Shown here piece by piece: positions 41,046-50,334 of a stretch of DNA of 64,000 bases. A program made the translations under genes and the position numbers. The stretch comes from Bacteroidales bacterium (lineage in GTDB: Bacteria > Bacteroidota > Bacteroidia > Bacteroidales > CAIWKO01), in the NCBI GenBank assembly GCA_035389045.1, contig DAOORA010000016.1, positions 1-64,000 of the forward strand. Direction: 5' to 3'. Below the pieces are notes generated by a model. That model had not been told where the DNA came from, made no database searches, and was given only the letters and a program-made list of their open reading frames with translations. Position 1 is the stretch's first letter, and each line of letters begins with the position of its first letter.

Positions 41046-41162
41046 TGCTAACGGTGTCGCTGAATCCGCCAGTTGGCGGAATAGACCAAAAAGCCCGATA
41101 AACATTAGGATTTATCGGGCTTTTTGTTTGGGGCTTTTCGGCTATCACTCTATGTGTTATGC
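41046..41162 (-). other. attC-like site
   Basis: R'' GCATAAC, long internal hairpin, R' GTTAGCA. Contains a TCCGCCAGTTGGCGGA insert. Confidence 0.8.
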
Positions 41163-41187
41163 ATTCGTGCTTTCTTTCGTGCCATTT

Positions 41188-42189
41188 CTATTTCAACTTG
41201 ATAACTACTTTCCCTTTTGAACGTCCTGCTTCCACATAAGCTAATGCTTCGTTTGTTTGTTCAAATGAAAACACTCTGTCCATTACAGGTTTTATGACAC
41301 CATCATTTATAAGTGTAGTAATTTCTGTCAACTGATTTCCATTTGCTCTCATAAAAAGAAATGAATAGTTTACTCCAAGTCTTCTTGCATTATTTTTAAT
41401 TCCGAAACTTAACATTTTCATAATTAGTTTCACAAACCAAGGTAAACCAATGTCATTTGCAAAGTCTGTATCCGGTGGACCAGAAATAGAAATAACTTTT
41501 CCATTTGGTTTTAATATTCGTAGCGACTTTTCAAGTGTCTTACCATCCTGACTGTTTAACACCAGATCGTAATCTTTTAGTATAGTTTCAAAATCTTCAT
41601 TTTTATAGTCAATCACAATGTCTGCCCCCAAACTTTTTACTAATTCAATGTTTGTTGAACTTACCGTTGTTGCTACTGTCGCACCCAAATGTTTCGCCAA
41701 CTGAATTGCAAATGTACCTACACCTCCAGAACCTGCCTGAATTAAAATCTTTTGTCCTTTCTTCAGATGTGCCGTTTCTATCAGTGCTTGCCAAGCTGTC
41801 AAACCAACTAATGGAATAGAGGCTGCTTCTTCCATTGATAGATTTTTTGGTTTAAGTGCTGCATCATTCTCATTTATTGAAATGTATTCTGCAAAAGTTC
41901 CTATTCTGTGGTCAGCAGGTCTTGCATAAATTTCATCTCCAACTTTAAATTTGCTAACTTGTGAACCTACTTTTGTTATAACACCTGCAACATCGTGTCC
42001 CAAAGTAAATGGTGTTTTGTATGGCAGAAAGATTTTAAATTCTCCATTTCTGATTTTTGCATCAAGAAGATTTACGCCTGTCGCATAAACTTGAACCAAA
42101 ACATCATTTTCTTTCACAATTGGTTCTGCTGTTTCTGAAAGATGCAATCTCTCTTTTTTACCGTATCGTTTAACTGTAAATGATTTCAT
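41188..42189 (-). CDS. NADP-dependent oxidoreductase (MDR/quinone reductase-like)
   Basis: Motifs GHDVAG, AGSGGVG, GRSKGKVV. True ATG at 42189; the longer ORF call runs through the attC-like site. Confidence 0.9.
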   Translation of the reverse strand: MKSFTVKRYGKKERLHLSETAEPIVKENDVLVQVYATGVNLLDAKIRNGEFKIFLPYKTPFTLGHDVAGVITKVGSQVSKFKVGDEIYARPADHRIGTFAEYISINENDAALKPKNLSMEEAASIPLVGLTAWQALIETAHLKKGQKILIQAGSGGVGTFAIQLAKHLGATVATTVSSTNIELVKSLGADIVIDYKNEDFETILKDYDLVLNSQDGKTLEKSLRILKPNGKVISISGPPDTDFANDIGLPWFVKLIMKMLSFGIKNNARRLGVNYSFLFMRANGNQLTEITTLINDGVIKPVMDRVFSFEQTNEALAYVEAGRSKGKVVIKLK

Positions 42190-42237
42190 ATTTAATTTTT
42201 TAAGTCGGTTTGAAGTTCGTGGTTTCTCCAGCATGAC

Positions 42238-42359
42238 GCATAACGGTCGGGGCTTTCTGCTGTGCGCTTCCCTGCATTGTCTTAAAAGCCGAACTTTTTC
42301 TGTCCACAACTTACATGTCTACGAAGCCAGATGCGCATTGCAGAAAACCCTTAGGCACA
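42238..42359 (-). other. attC-like site
   Basis: R'' TGTGCCTAA(G) 4 bp after the stop. Arms GGGTTTTCTGCAATGCGC / GCGCACAGCAGAAAGCCC. R' GTTATGC. Confidence 0.8.
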
Positions 42360-42363
42360 GGTT

Positions 42364-42897
42364 CTATTTTCTTATCATAACAACTATTTTTTGTCTTTGT
42401 TGCCCGCAGGTTATGTGAAATTTATAGTGTCCACTACTTGGAGGCATTGTTTTACTTACAAAATAAAACTCAAACTCTGTCCGGTCCGCAAGATAATTGT
42501 ATTTTGTTGATGTCCTTGGTAGCTTGGATTTTTCTATTGTGTCTATAGTTGGGATAATGTTAATGCTAATTTTATGTTTGTAATATACAATTTTCTCATT
42601 ACATATTAGCTTGTCAATATAGTCAATTGCCTTTGAAATAGTATCTTTTATTGATTTGTCAATGTGTCCTTTTATCGTAATTCCAATTAAAGGATTTTCG
42701 TTAAATAGATTCAATGCCGTGTCAATATTTACAGTTTTTATGGAGTCAATGTGAACTCTTTTGTCAATTATGCATTTTTTATGAGTTTGAATTTCCTTAG
42801 AGTCATTTCTATGATTTGTCATTGTTGTCTGTTTATAACAACCTGTCAAGGACGCTAAAAATAGAATGGTCAATATTTGTATTGTCGATATTTTCAT
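42364..42897 (-). CDS. Hypothetical lipoprotein (first cassette)
   Basis: Lipobox LTGC. ATG lies 14 bp after G|TTAGGCACA. Confidence 0.75.
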   Translation of the reverse strand: MKISTIQILTILFLASLTGCYKQTTMTNHRNDSKEIQTHKKCIIDKRVHIDSIKTVNIDTALNLFNENPLIGITIKGHIDKSIKDTISKAIDYIDKLICNEKIVYYKHKISINIIPTIDTIEKSKLPRTSTKYNYLADRTEFEFYFVSKTMPPSSGHYKFHITCGQQRQKIVVMIRK

Positions 42898-42900
42898 AAA

Positions 42901-42940
42901 CTTGTGCCTAACAATTGTGATATTACATTCCGTTTATTTT
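42901..42940 (-). other. attI-like simple site at the head of the array
   Basis: Reads AAATAAACGGAATGTAATATCACAATTG|TTAGGCACAAG, with no hairpin upstream. Confidence 0.55.
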
Positions 42941-42945
42941 AGCTT

Positions 42946-43084
42946 TATCTTTGTAATTATTATTATCTCTCTTTGCATTTATAATTATTTGTAGATTAGT
43001 GTTTTATTCATATTAAAGCCGTTTATAATCGTTTATAAACGATTGTATATAAATAAATTTTTTTTAATGATTCGCACAAATATA
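42946..43084. promoter_or_regulatory. Opposed Bacteroidota -7 boxes and an 18-bp palindrome
   Basis: TATCTTTG (+, 42946-42953), TATATTTG (-, 43077-43084, facing the array), AATCGTTTATAAACGATT (43027-43044). Confidence 0.45.
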
Positions 43085-43166
43085 TAAATAAATAAATGAA
43101 AAATAAAGTTTTTAAACATATTTTTGGGGTTGTTGTTCAGCATTTTGTTTCAGCCTTAAAAACATC

Positions 43167-43200
43167 AAACCCCGCCTGACTATACAGCCAGACAGGGTTT
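43167..43200 (-). terminator. Hairpin after the large T9SS gene (terminator and/or CCTG..CAGG repeat member)
   Basis: AAACCCCGCCTGAC..GCCAGACAGGGTTT. Confidence 0.5.
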
Positions 43201-43245
43201 GAACTATAAACGCACAAGGCGCTTTTTAATACAGGTTAATGGAAA

Positions 43246-46200
43246 CTACCGCTTCAGTATCATCTTCCCGGTGTATACGCCATCGTCGGTGACCATCCGG
43301 TAAAAATACACGCCTGATGAAAGAGATTGCCCGTCAAATTCAGATTTGTACTCCTGATTTTTCCTGGCTTCTCCATCAAACAATGTGGTGATCACTTTAC
43401 CCGAAAGATCATAAACATCAAGTACCACCTTGCTGTCTTCCGGCAGGGTGAACACAATATGGGTCGCGCCGCTGAAGGGGTTCGGATAATTCCGGACCAT
43501 AACATCTGACAAGGGTTCCTCCGCCCCTGCCAATGATTTCAGGCCAGGGCAGGTACCGCAATTCGTATTCAAAGCCCAGTAATTGTTCTTTCCGGATTTT
43601 ATCTGTTTGGCAAAAAACATACCTGCAAACAATCCTGCATCGTCCCGGTTAGGACGTGAATCATCAACAGTCAATGTAAAGTCCAGGTCGGTTCCTTTGG
43701 TGTTGAACAGGCAGACGATACCATTGACCACGTTACTGGCTCTGAAATGCACGTCTTTCTGAACATAAAACCATAAAGGAACATTGTCCGGGTTGATTTT
43801 GACCTTTTTCTCGGTTTCCAGCCCCTCTTTGATCCTGACTTTTGTGCAGGGTGCAAATTTTATGGTGGAACCTTCTTTAAAAACAACCTTCCTGACAATG
43901 TCGATCTCCGTCTGGGTAAAGGTAACAGTTGCTCTCTTGCCAACGATCACTTCTTTATAAGATGATCCCGTCAGGGTGACTTTGGCGTTATCCGGTACAT
44001 GAACCGTGATTGTTCCCGTACTCTGGAGCAGTTCAAAAGCGGGCAGCGCCGCGGTAGCCGGATCATAAATACGGTTGGTTACCGCGCTTGTTCCATCAAC
44101 CGTGATGATGTCGCTTTTGGCAAATGTACCCGGCGCCGTTACAGAGGAATGATCCTTCACTTCAATCTTGCCGCCGACTTTCCTTACTCCTGCGCCACCA
44201 CTGGTTAACGTTGTTGCTTTCATCTGTACAAGATCTTTGGCGAGCATCACATAACCTGCAGCTACGGTGATTGTCTGAACCTGGTCTGGAGCTGCATTGC
44301 CGCAGTAATCTTCCAGATGCCATGTCCGTTCAATGACCGTGGCGCCATAGCACGAGCCCGAAACAATATTATCCACATAAGCAGCCTCGATTCCTGGTGA
44401 ACAGTTGTCGTACTCATCCGTAACATCGCCGGTATTGGCAACCGATACATCGTAAGTATCATAGTCGTCGGCGGTGTACGTGAAATCAGGCGGGGCTGTG
44501 AAAACCGGCGCCATATGATCAAGTACCGTGATGGTCTGTAACTGGTCAACCGCCTGGTTGCCGTTTACATCAACCAGCGACCAGGTACGTAAAATAACGT
44601 AGGAACCCGCACATGGCCCGGCTACAGGCATATCAGCGTAAGTTGCCTGTGGAATCTGGCAATTATCCCATTCATCCGTCACGTCACCGGTATTTCCAAC
44701 CGAGATATCATACTGGCATAATGAATCTGTATAAATGGTGATGTCTGCGGGGGCCGTAAATACAGGGGGAATATTGTCAACAACTGTAACAACAGCAATA
44801 CATTGCGATTCATTATTATGAATGTCTGTTATGGTAAGTGTTACCGGATTGTCCCCGACATTAGTGCAATCAAAGGTATTGGGGAAAACCGTCATACTTT
44901 CTATGCCACAGTTATCCCAGGAATCAAAGTCAACATCAGCGGGGGCTATCGAAGCATTACCCGTCGAATCAAGCTGAACAGTGATATTCCTGCATACCGC
45001 ATTAGGAGGTTCATTGTCATTTACTGTTACTACAAAGCTGCACGTTTCGATTTCGCAGTCGTTTGCCGCTGTGACATATACGGTAGTGGAACCTACCGGA
45101 AAAAAGTAGGGAGAACTGACAGGGTTCATTTCTGCCATGTAGGTCACATCAGGCTCCGGAGTGCCCTCAACGGTAGCAGCAAAACTGACCAGGGCCCCGC
45201 AAACACCCGGGGCATTGTCTTCTTCAATAGCATCAGGACAGGTCAGAACCAAATCGGACTGTACGGTCAGCACAAAAATGGCCTGGTCACCCATCACATC
45301 ACCGGCATCAGGAATACCGTTAACATTTACGTCATAGTAAGGTGTTGCAGTAACCGAGACCGTTTGTGCCATACCGGTATGGTTCTCGAGCATGATGGTC
45401 TGTGATCCGATTAATTGTGCCTGGGCAAAAGGAACATCGGTAACGCCTGTCGGAATACCCGGTAGAGAAGAAACGCATACCCCATGAATCATCAGCGGGC
45501 CGCAGGCGCCGGCCGGAGCGGATAGTAAAACCGGATTACTGCCGGTCAACCACTGCCCGCTGCAGATGGTCAGCTCATATTGCGGGTCTCCGCTAGTTAT
45601 CAGCTGACTGTATCCAAAAGTAGACACGGTACCGGCAACCACAGGCACAGGGCAAACCGTCAGCACAAAGGTTACCGGATCGCCGGCCACATCACCGGCG
45701 TCAAAAATTCCGTTTACATTAACATCATAATAAGGAGTTGCAGTAAACGTAATAGTCTGCAACAAGCCCGTATGGTTTTCCGGTGTGATGGTCTGTGGAC
45801 CGGCTGACTGGGCATAGGCAAATGGAACATCAACAACACCCGAGGGAATGTTGGGCAGGGTTGAGGTACAAACCCCATGCAGCATCAGCGGGCCGCAGAC
45901 GCCGGCCGGGGCGGAAAGTAATACCGGATTACTGCCGGTTAACCACTGTCCGCTACAGATGGTCAGGTTATATTGCGGGTCACCGGTGGTCACCAACTGA
46001 CTGTAACCCAAAGCCGTCAGGGTAGCAGCAACCACAGGAACCGGGCCGACCGTCAGCACAAAGGTAGCCGGATCACCGGCCAGATCGCCGGCATCAAGAA
46101 TTCCGTTCACATTGGCATCATAATAAGGAGTAGCTGTAAAAGTAAGAGTCTGCAATAAGCCGGTATGGTTTTCAGGAGTGATAGTCTGCGGACCGGCTGA

Positions 46201-46671
46201 CAGGGCATAAGCAAAAGGAACATCAACAACACCCGATGGAATGTTGGGCAGTGTTGAGGTACAAACGCCATGAAGCATCAGCGGGCCGTACAAGGTTTCC
46301 GGCGGTGATATCAATGCAGGGACACCGCAGGTCACCGCCTGTCCGCTGCAGATGGAATGATGATAAGGCGGAGCGCCGGAGGTCATCACCTGGCTGTATC
46401 CATAAGCTGTCACAGTTGCCTGAACAACAGGCTTTGCCTGCATCATTAAAGCAATACCGAAACTTTCGCCAGGGGTATAGGAAGATGACAAGGTAAACAA
46501 TTCAGCACCGGAAACCGGCGCAATTGTTTTGGTGGTTGAATTGGTATTTATACTATAAAGCATAAAAACCATTAAAAGAAGTACCATGCTAAAATACTTC
46601 CTCATGTTCAAGAGTTTTTTTTCTTTCATAATTATAAATTTTAGTGAATACGGAAAATGGGACAACATCAT
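43246..46671 (-). CDS. Large T9SS surface protein: three 131-aa repeats, HYR-like domains, beta-rich region, CTD (start probably 46629 or 46605)
   Basis: 393-bp periodicity, D..PP...C / DNC motifs, NYPNPF...SGVYFY. Confidence 0.85.
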   Translation of the reverse strand: MMLSHFPYSLKFIIMKEKKLLNMRKYFSMVLLLMVFMLYSINTNSTTKTIAPVSGAELFTLSSSYTPGESFGIALMMQAKPVVQATVTAYGYSQVMTSGAPPYHHSICSGQAVTCGVPALISPPETLYGPLMLHGVCTSTLPNIPSGVVDVPFAYALSAGPQTITPENHTGLLQTLTFTATPYYDANVNGILDAGDLAGDPATFVLTVGPVPVVAATLTALGYSQLVTTGDPQYNLTICSGQWLTGSNPVLLSAPAGVCGPLMLHGVCTSTLPNIPSGVVDVPFAYAQSAGPQTITPENHTGLLQTITFTATPYYDVNVNGIFDAGDVAGDPVTFVLTVCPVPVVAGTVSTFGYSQLITSGDPQYELTICSGQWLTGSNPVLLSAPAGACGPLMIHGVCVSSLPGIPTGVTDVPFAQAQLIGSQTIMLENHTGMAQTVSVTATPYYDVNVNGIPDAGDVMGDQAIFVLTVQSDLVLTCPDAIEEDNAPGVCGALVSFAATVEGTPEPDVTYMAEMNPVSSPYFFPVGSTTVYVTAANDCEIETCSFVVTVNDNEPPNAVCRNITVQLDSTGNASIAPADVDFDSWDNCGIESMTVFPNTFDCTNVGDNPVTLTITDIHNNESQCIAVVTVVDNIPPVFTAPADITIYTDSLCQYDISVGNTGDVTDEWDNCQIPQATYADMPVAGPCAGSYVILRTWSLVDVNGNQAVDQLQTITVLDHMAPVFTAPPDFTYTADDYDTYDVSVANTGDVTDEYDNCSPGIEAAYVDNIVSGSCYGATVIERTWHLEDYCGNAAPDQVQTITVAAGYVMLAKDLVQMKATTLTSGGAGVRKVGGKIEVKDHSSVTAPGTFAKSDIITVDGTSAVTNRIYDPATAALPAFELLQSTGTITVHVPDNAKVTLTGSSYKEVIVGKRATVTFTQTEIDIVRKVVFKEGSTIKFAPCTKVRIKEGLETEKKVKINPDNVPLWFYVQKDVHFRASNVVNGIVCLFNTKGTDLDFTLTVDDSRPNRDDAGLFAGMFFAKQIKSGKNNYWALNTNCGTCPGLKSLAGAEEPLSDVMVRNYPNPFSGATHIVFTLPEDSKVVLDVYDLSGKVITTLFDGEARKNQEYKSEFDGQSLSSGVYFYRMVTDDGVYTGKMILKR

Positions 46672-47102
46672 TATTTTATAATATTTTATAATCGTTTATT
46701 TACAATAAATTGTATTTTAACTGTTTGAATATATTTTAAGATTAAAATATATAAAGATATAACAATGAAGTGAAAAAGTCAAACATTTTAACATTTTTTA
46801 CAACATGTGCATATATGGTTTAAACTATTTATAATATGGCATTTATGTATGTTTTTTGTAGTAAGTAATACTTCTGTGATAAATTGACGCAATAACAGCA
46901 TCTATGCTGTTTACACATCAGGATTGATGTCCGTTGAAAACAGATGGAAATTTGGAAAGCTATAAACAAACCTTATTGCATAAATAAAGCGTACCCAAAA
47001 ACAATACGATTACTGTATAACTTTTCGGGAGTAACGTAGTAATTTCCTCAGTCCGCCATGGCGGAACGCAGATTAACGAAGATTATGCAAGCCCCCCCCC
47101 TA

Positions 47103-47948
47103 TCATAAGGTCAGCAAATGATCTTTTACATCCTGTATCAGCCACAAGGGCGTGGATGTGGCGCCGCAGATACCCACCGTCTGATTTGTGCCAAACCATT
47201 CCTTCCTAATTTCCTGAACAGCGCTGATGAAATGGATATTTGAATTTTCCTGGGCACAGATTTCGTAAAGCTGTTTCCCATTTGAAGAGTTGGCTCCTGC
47301 GACAAACAATATACCATCAAAACGCCTGCAAAACTCACGCAGCTCCTGTTCGCGGTTCGAAACCTGCCTGCAGATGGAATCTTCCACTTTTACATCAATC
47401 CCGTGTTCTTTCAGGCGTTCAATTATGTTGTAAAATTGCTTCAGACTTTTGGTGGTCTGGCTATACAAGGTAATTTTCCCCGGAATTTTTTCCAGGTACA
47501 GATCTTCATATTTTTCAAAAACCACTGCCGAATTTTTTATTTTTCCGTTCAGTCCGATAATTTCCGGGTGGTTGGGAAGTCCGAAAATATATATGACCTC
47601 ATGGTTCAGATAGGATCTGAAAATCTTCTCCTGAAGTTTCAAAATGATCGGACACGAAGCATCAATGACACTGAGGTTATTTCTTACGGCTGTCGCATAG
47701 CTTTCAGGGGGTTCGCCATGGGCTCTGAATAAAACGGTTTTATTCTTTAATGTGTCAAATTCCTCATGATTGATGATTTTCATCCCCCGGCCAACCAGTC
47801 GCTGAATTTCCTGATCGTTGTGTACAATCTCGCCGAGACAAAACAATTCATCGCCACTTTCGAGAACTTCCTCGGCTTTTTTTATGGCATTTTTTACACC
47901 GAAGCAAAAACCGGAATTAGGCTCAATTTCAACGTGCAGATTCAACAT
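47103..47948 (-). CDS. ispH: 4-hydroxy-3-methylbut-2-enyl diphosphate reductase
   Basis: Motifs GFCFGV, RAHG, DASCP, SQTT, SSN, GATSTP. Confidence 0.95.
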   Translation of the reverse strand: MLNLHVEIEPNSGFCFGVKNAIKKAEEVLESGDELFCLGEIVHNDQEIQRLVGRGMKIINHEEFDTLKNKTVLFRAHGEPPESYATAVRNNLSVIDASCPIILKLQEKIFRSYLNHEVIYIFGLPNHPEIIGLNGKIKNSAVVFEKYEDLYLEKIPGKITLYSQTTKSLKQFYNIIERLKEHGIDVKVEDSICRQVSNREQELREFCRRFDGILFVAGANSSNGKQLYEICAQENSNIHFISAVQEIRKEWFGTNQTVGICGATSTPLWLIQDVKDHLLTL

Positions 47949-48247
47949 AGCTCTTTGAGTTACCTCACAAAGGTAAAACTATTTAAATTAAGGCAATCAG
48001 AACCTATACTCTTTGTCAACGGTTATAGATAAAAATAAATTGATAATTATCATCCCGTTATCGCCACAATAGCTATACCCGTAAACAAATGAATCAAATT
48101 CAGACAACCTTAATCCTTTGGCTGCCGGTGGAAATATGCTTATAAAACGATAATGAAAATATTCTCGCCGGGATTTCGGTATTATTGTCAGTTTTTATAT
48201 CTTGGTACAAAAATTGAAAAACCTGTTTCTGCAGAAAAAAACTGTCA

Positions 48248-49171
48248 ATGGATTACAAAGATTATTATAAGGTTTTAGGAGTCAGCAAAACGGCTACACA
48301 GGATGAGATCAAAAAGGCGTACCGTAAACTTGCCGTAAAATATCATCCCGACAAAAACAAAGGCAACAAACAGGCTGAAGAAAAGTTTAAAGAAGTTGCC
48401 GAAGCCAATGACGTGCTCGGTGATCCCGAAAAACGCAGAAAATACGATGAGCTGGGCAGCAACTGGAAGCAATACCAGAATCAGAATTATTCGCAACAAC
48501 ATCCCGGAGGCTATTCTAAAACCTATTACAACAGAGGAGGTGACGGGCAGGGATTTTCAGGCGACTTCAGCGACCTGTTCGGACAAGGAGGCGGTTTTTC
48601 CGACTTTTTCAATATGTTTTTCGGGAGACGTTCTGAAGAGGCATTTTCCGGACAGCCGCAAAAGGGCGCCAATTTGCAGACTCATTTGCCCCTGACACTG
48701 GAAGAAGCTTTCAGTGGAACCAGCAAAATCATTAACCTTGGGGATGAAAAAATTCGTCTGAAGATTAAGCCTGGCATAACCGACGGGCAGAAACTGAAAA
48801 TCTCAGGAAAAGGCAAAAAAGGCCAGCGCAATGCTGCGCCCGGCGATTTGTATGTGATCATTGCATTGGATCCCCACCCTGTTTTTACACTTAAAGGAAA
48901 CGACCTGCATTGCAGTATGCCGCTGAGTATCAGCACGGCTGTTCTGGGAGGAACATTGGAAGTTCCTGCGCTGAAAGGCCCTGTAAAAATGACCATACCT
49001 CCCGAAACAGAGAACGGTAAAACGTTCCGGCTGAAAGGTATGGGCATGCCCGATTATGACCATCCAGCAGTAAAAGGCGACCTGTATGTCACCGTTTACA
49101 TTGCGGTACCCAAAAATGCATCCGCTGAAGAAAAGGAGTTGTATAAGAAACTGGCTGCGCTGAGAAAATAA
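48248..49171 (+). CDS. DnaJ-class (CbpA-like) chaperone without zinc finger
   Basis: HPD J-domain, G/F region, GDLYV. Confidence 0.9.
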   Translation: MDYKDYYKVLGVSKTATQDEIKKAYRKLAVKYHPDKNKGNKQAEEKFKEVAEANDVLGDPEKRRKYDELGSNWKQYQNQNYSQQHPGGYSKTYYNRGGDGQGFSGDFSDLFGQGGGFSDFFNMFFGRRSEEAFSGQPQKGANLQTHLPLTLEEAFSGTSKIINLGDEKIRLKIKPGITDGQKLKISGKGKKGQRNAAPGDLYVIIALDPHPVFTLKGNDLHCSMPLSISTAVLGGTLEVPALKGPVKMTIPPETENGKTFRLKGMGMPDYDHPAVKGDLYVTVYIAVPKNASAEEKELYKKLAALRK

Positions 49172-49225
49172 TTCCGGAAGATAATTACGTTGGAAAACCT
49201 CAAAAAATAATGGGAATAATTTTCA

Positions 49226-49912
49226 TTAATTGGTTAAAACAATTTCCCATTCACCGGGCTCATTAATAATTACCTCCAGAACCGGGTTTATATCCGCAGT
49301 TTTCAGTTTGTTTTTGGCTGTATAACTGATCTTTATTAATACAGGAAAAATGACCTGAGAATACACAAAGGTATTTCCGATGGCTTGGTATGAGCCATTA
49401 TCGGCATGAAAAGTAATTTCGGAAATGTCTGAATTTGTCATACCCATTTGCTGCAATTTCAAGGATACTTTATTGCCATCCCGCGCCCTTGTGATAGAAT
49501 ACTTATCCAGGTCCCGGGCAATATAAACTTTGTATGGATAAGGATTGATCTTTTTAATAAATTTATCATTTTCCCAAATTCCGGTTAACACACTGTCAGC
49601 GCCATTTTTTTTAAATTTATAAGTACCCTCGCCGTTTTTCATGCCATTACTCCAATAGCCATTGTATGTGTCACCGTTCGCCCAGGTATACATTCCGTTT
49701 CCATTCGGAAAACCGTTTTTAAAACGGCCTTCATATTTATCAATACCCTGCGCAATACCCTTTCCGTTAGCTAAGCCATTTTTACATTTGCCCTGATATT
49801 TCCCTGAAATATCAGGTTTCAGGACTTTACAACTATCTTGTGAATATGATTTAACTATACCTGATAAAAAAAGTATGATTAATAGCGGGGCAAGTTTGTT
49901 TTTAATAACCAT
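49226..49912 (-). CDS. MORN-repeat protein
   Basis: Y.G..KNG..NG.G repeats and a signal peptide. Confidence 0.8.
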   Translation of the reverse strand: MVIKNKLAPLLIILFLSGIVKSYSQDSCKVLKPDISGKYQGKCKNGLANGKGIAQGIDKYEGRFKNGFPNGNGMYTWANGDTYNGYWSNGMKNGEGTYKFKKNGADSVLTGIWENDKFIKKINPYPYKVYIARDLDKYSITRARDGNKVSLKLQQMGMTNSDISEITFHADNGSYQAIGNTFVYSQVIFPVLIKISYTAKNKLKTADINPVLEVIINEPGEWEIVLTN

Positions 49913-50334
49913 CTGTTTTTAGTTTTCAGTAAAAAAGCCTGGCCGTCTGATAAAAAACCATCTTTCTTATTCAAAGATACAGATTTTCAGCCTCGGATAC
50001 ATCATCCGACTTCAATTTTTTTACTGGATTTCATGTATTTGCGATTTCGTTTCACAAATGAAAACTGTGAGATAAGAATTAATAGCTCACAATTATACAA
50101 TGGCGCCAGATTCCAGACAACAAATTGATATTTGTTTATGTCAGGTATATTACTACAACTATTAAATTACATCTATACACGTAATTTCCCGATCTCCATT
50201 TCTTTGTATTACCCACCTATTCAAGTTTTTACGCTATATCTTTTTTGCATTTTTCGCATTTTATAAATTAATTAACTACAAAATCTAAATATAATTTGAA
50301 ATTAAATATTAATTAGTATCTGTCTATAAAGTCA

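Noticed and set aside
40702..41148. ORFs 40702..40911, 40804..41148 and 40823..41101
   Set aside because: They overlap a hairpin and an element end and show no recognisable protein features.
42190..42309. N-terminal extension of the oxidoreductase
   Set aside because: It reads through the attC-like site. The family-typical start is at 42189.
31626..42940. CRISPR array or simple terminators as an explanation for the hairpins
   Set aside because: There is no constant repeat-spacer period and no cas gene. The hairpins are long, lack poly-T tails and show cassette-specific end complementarity.
42913..46671. Integron integrase next to the array head
   Set aside because: No ORF in the window shows tyrosine recombinase R-H-x-x-R-H-Y motifs.
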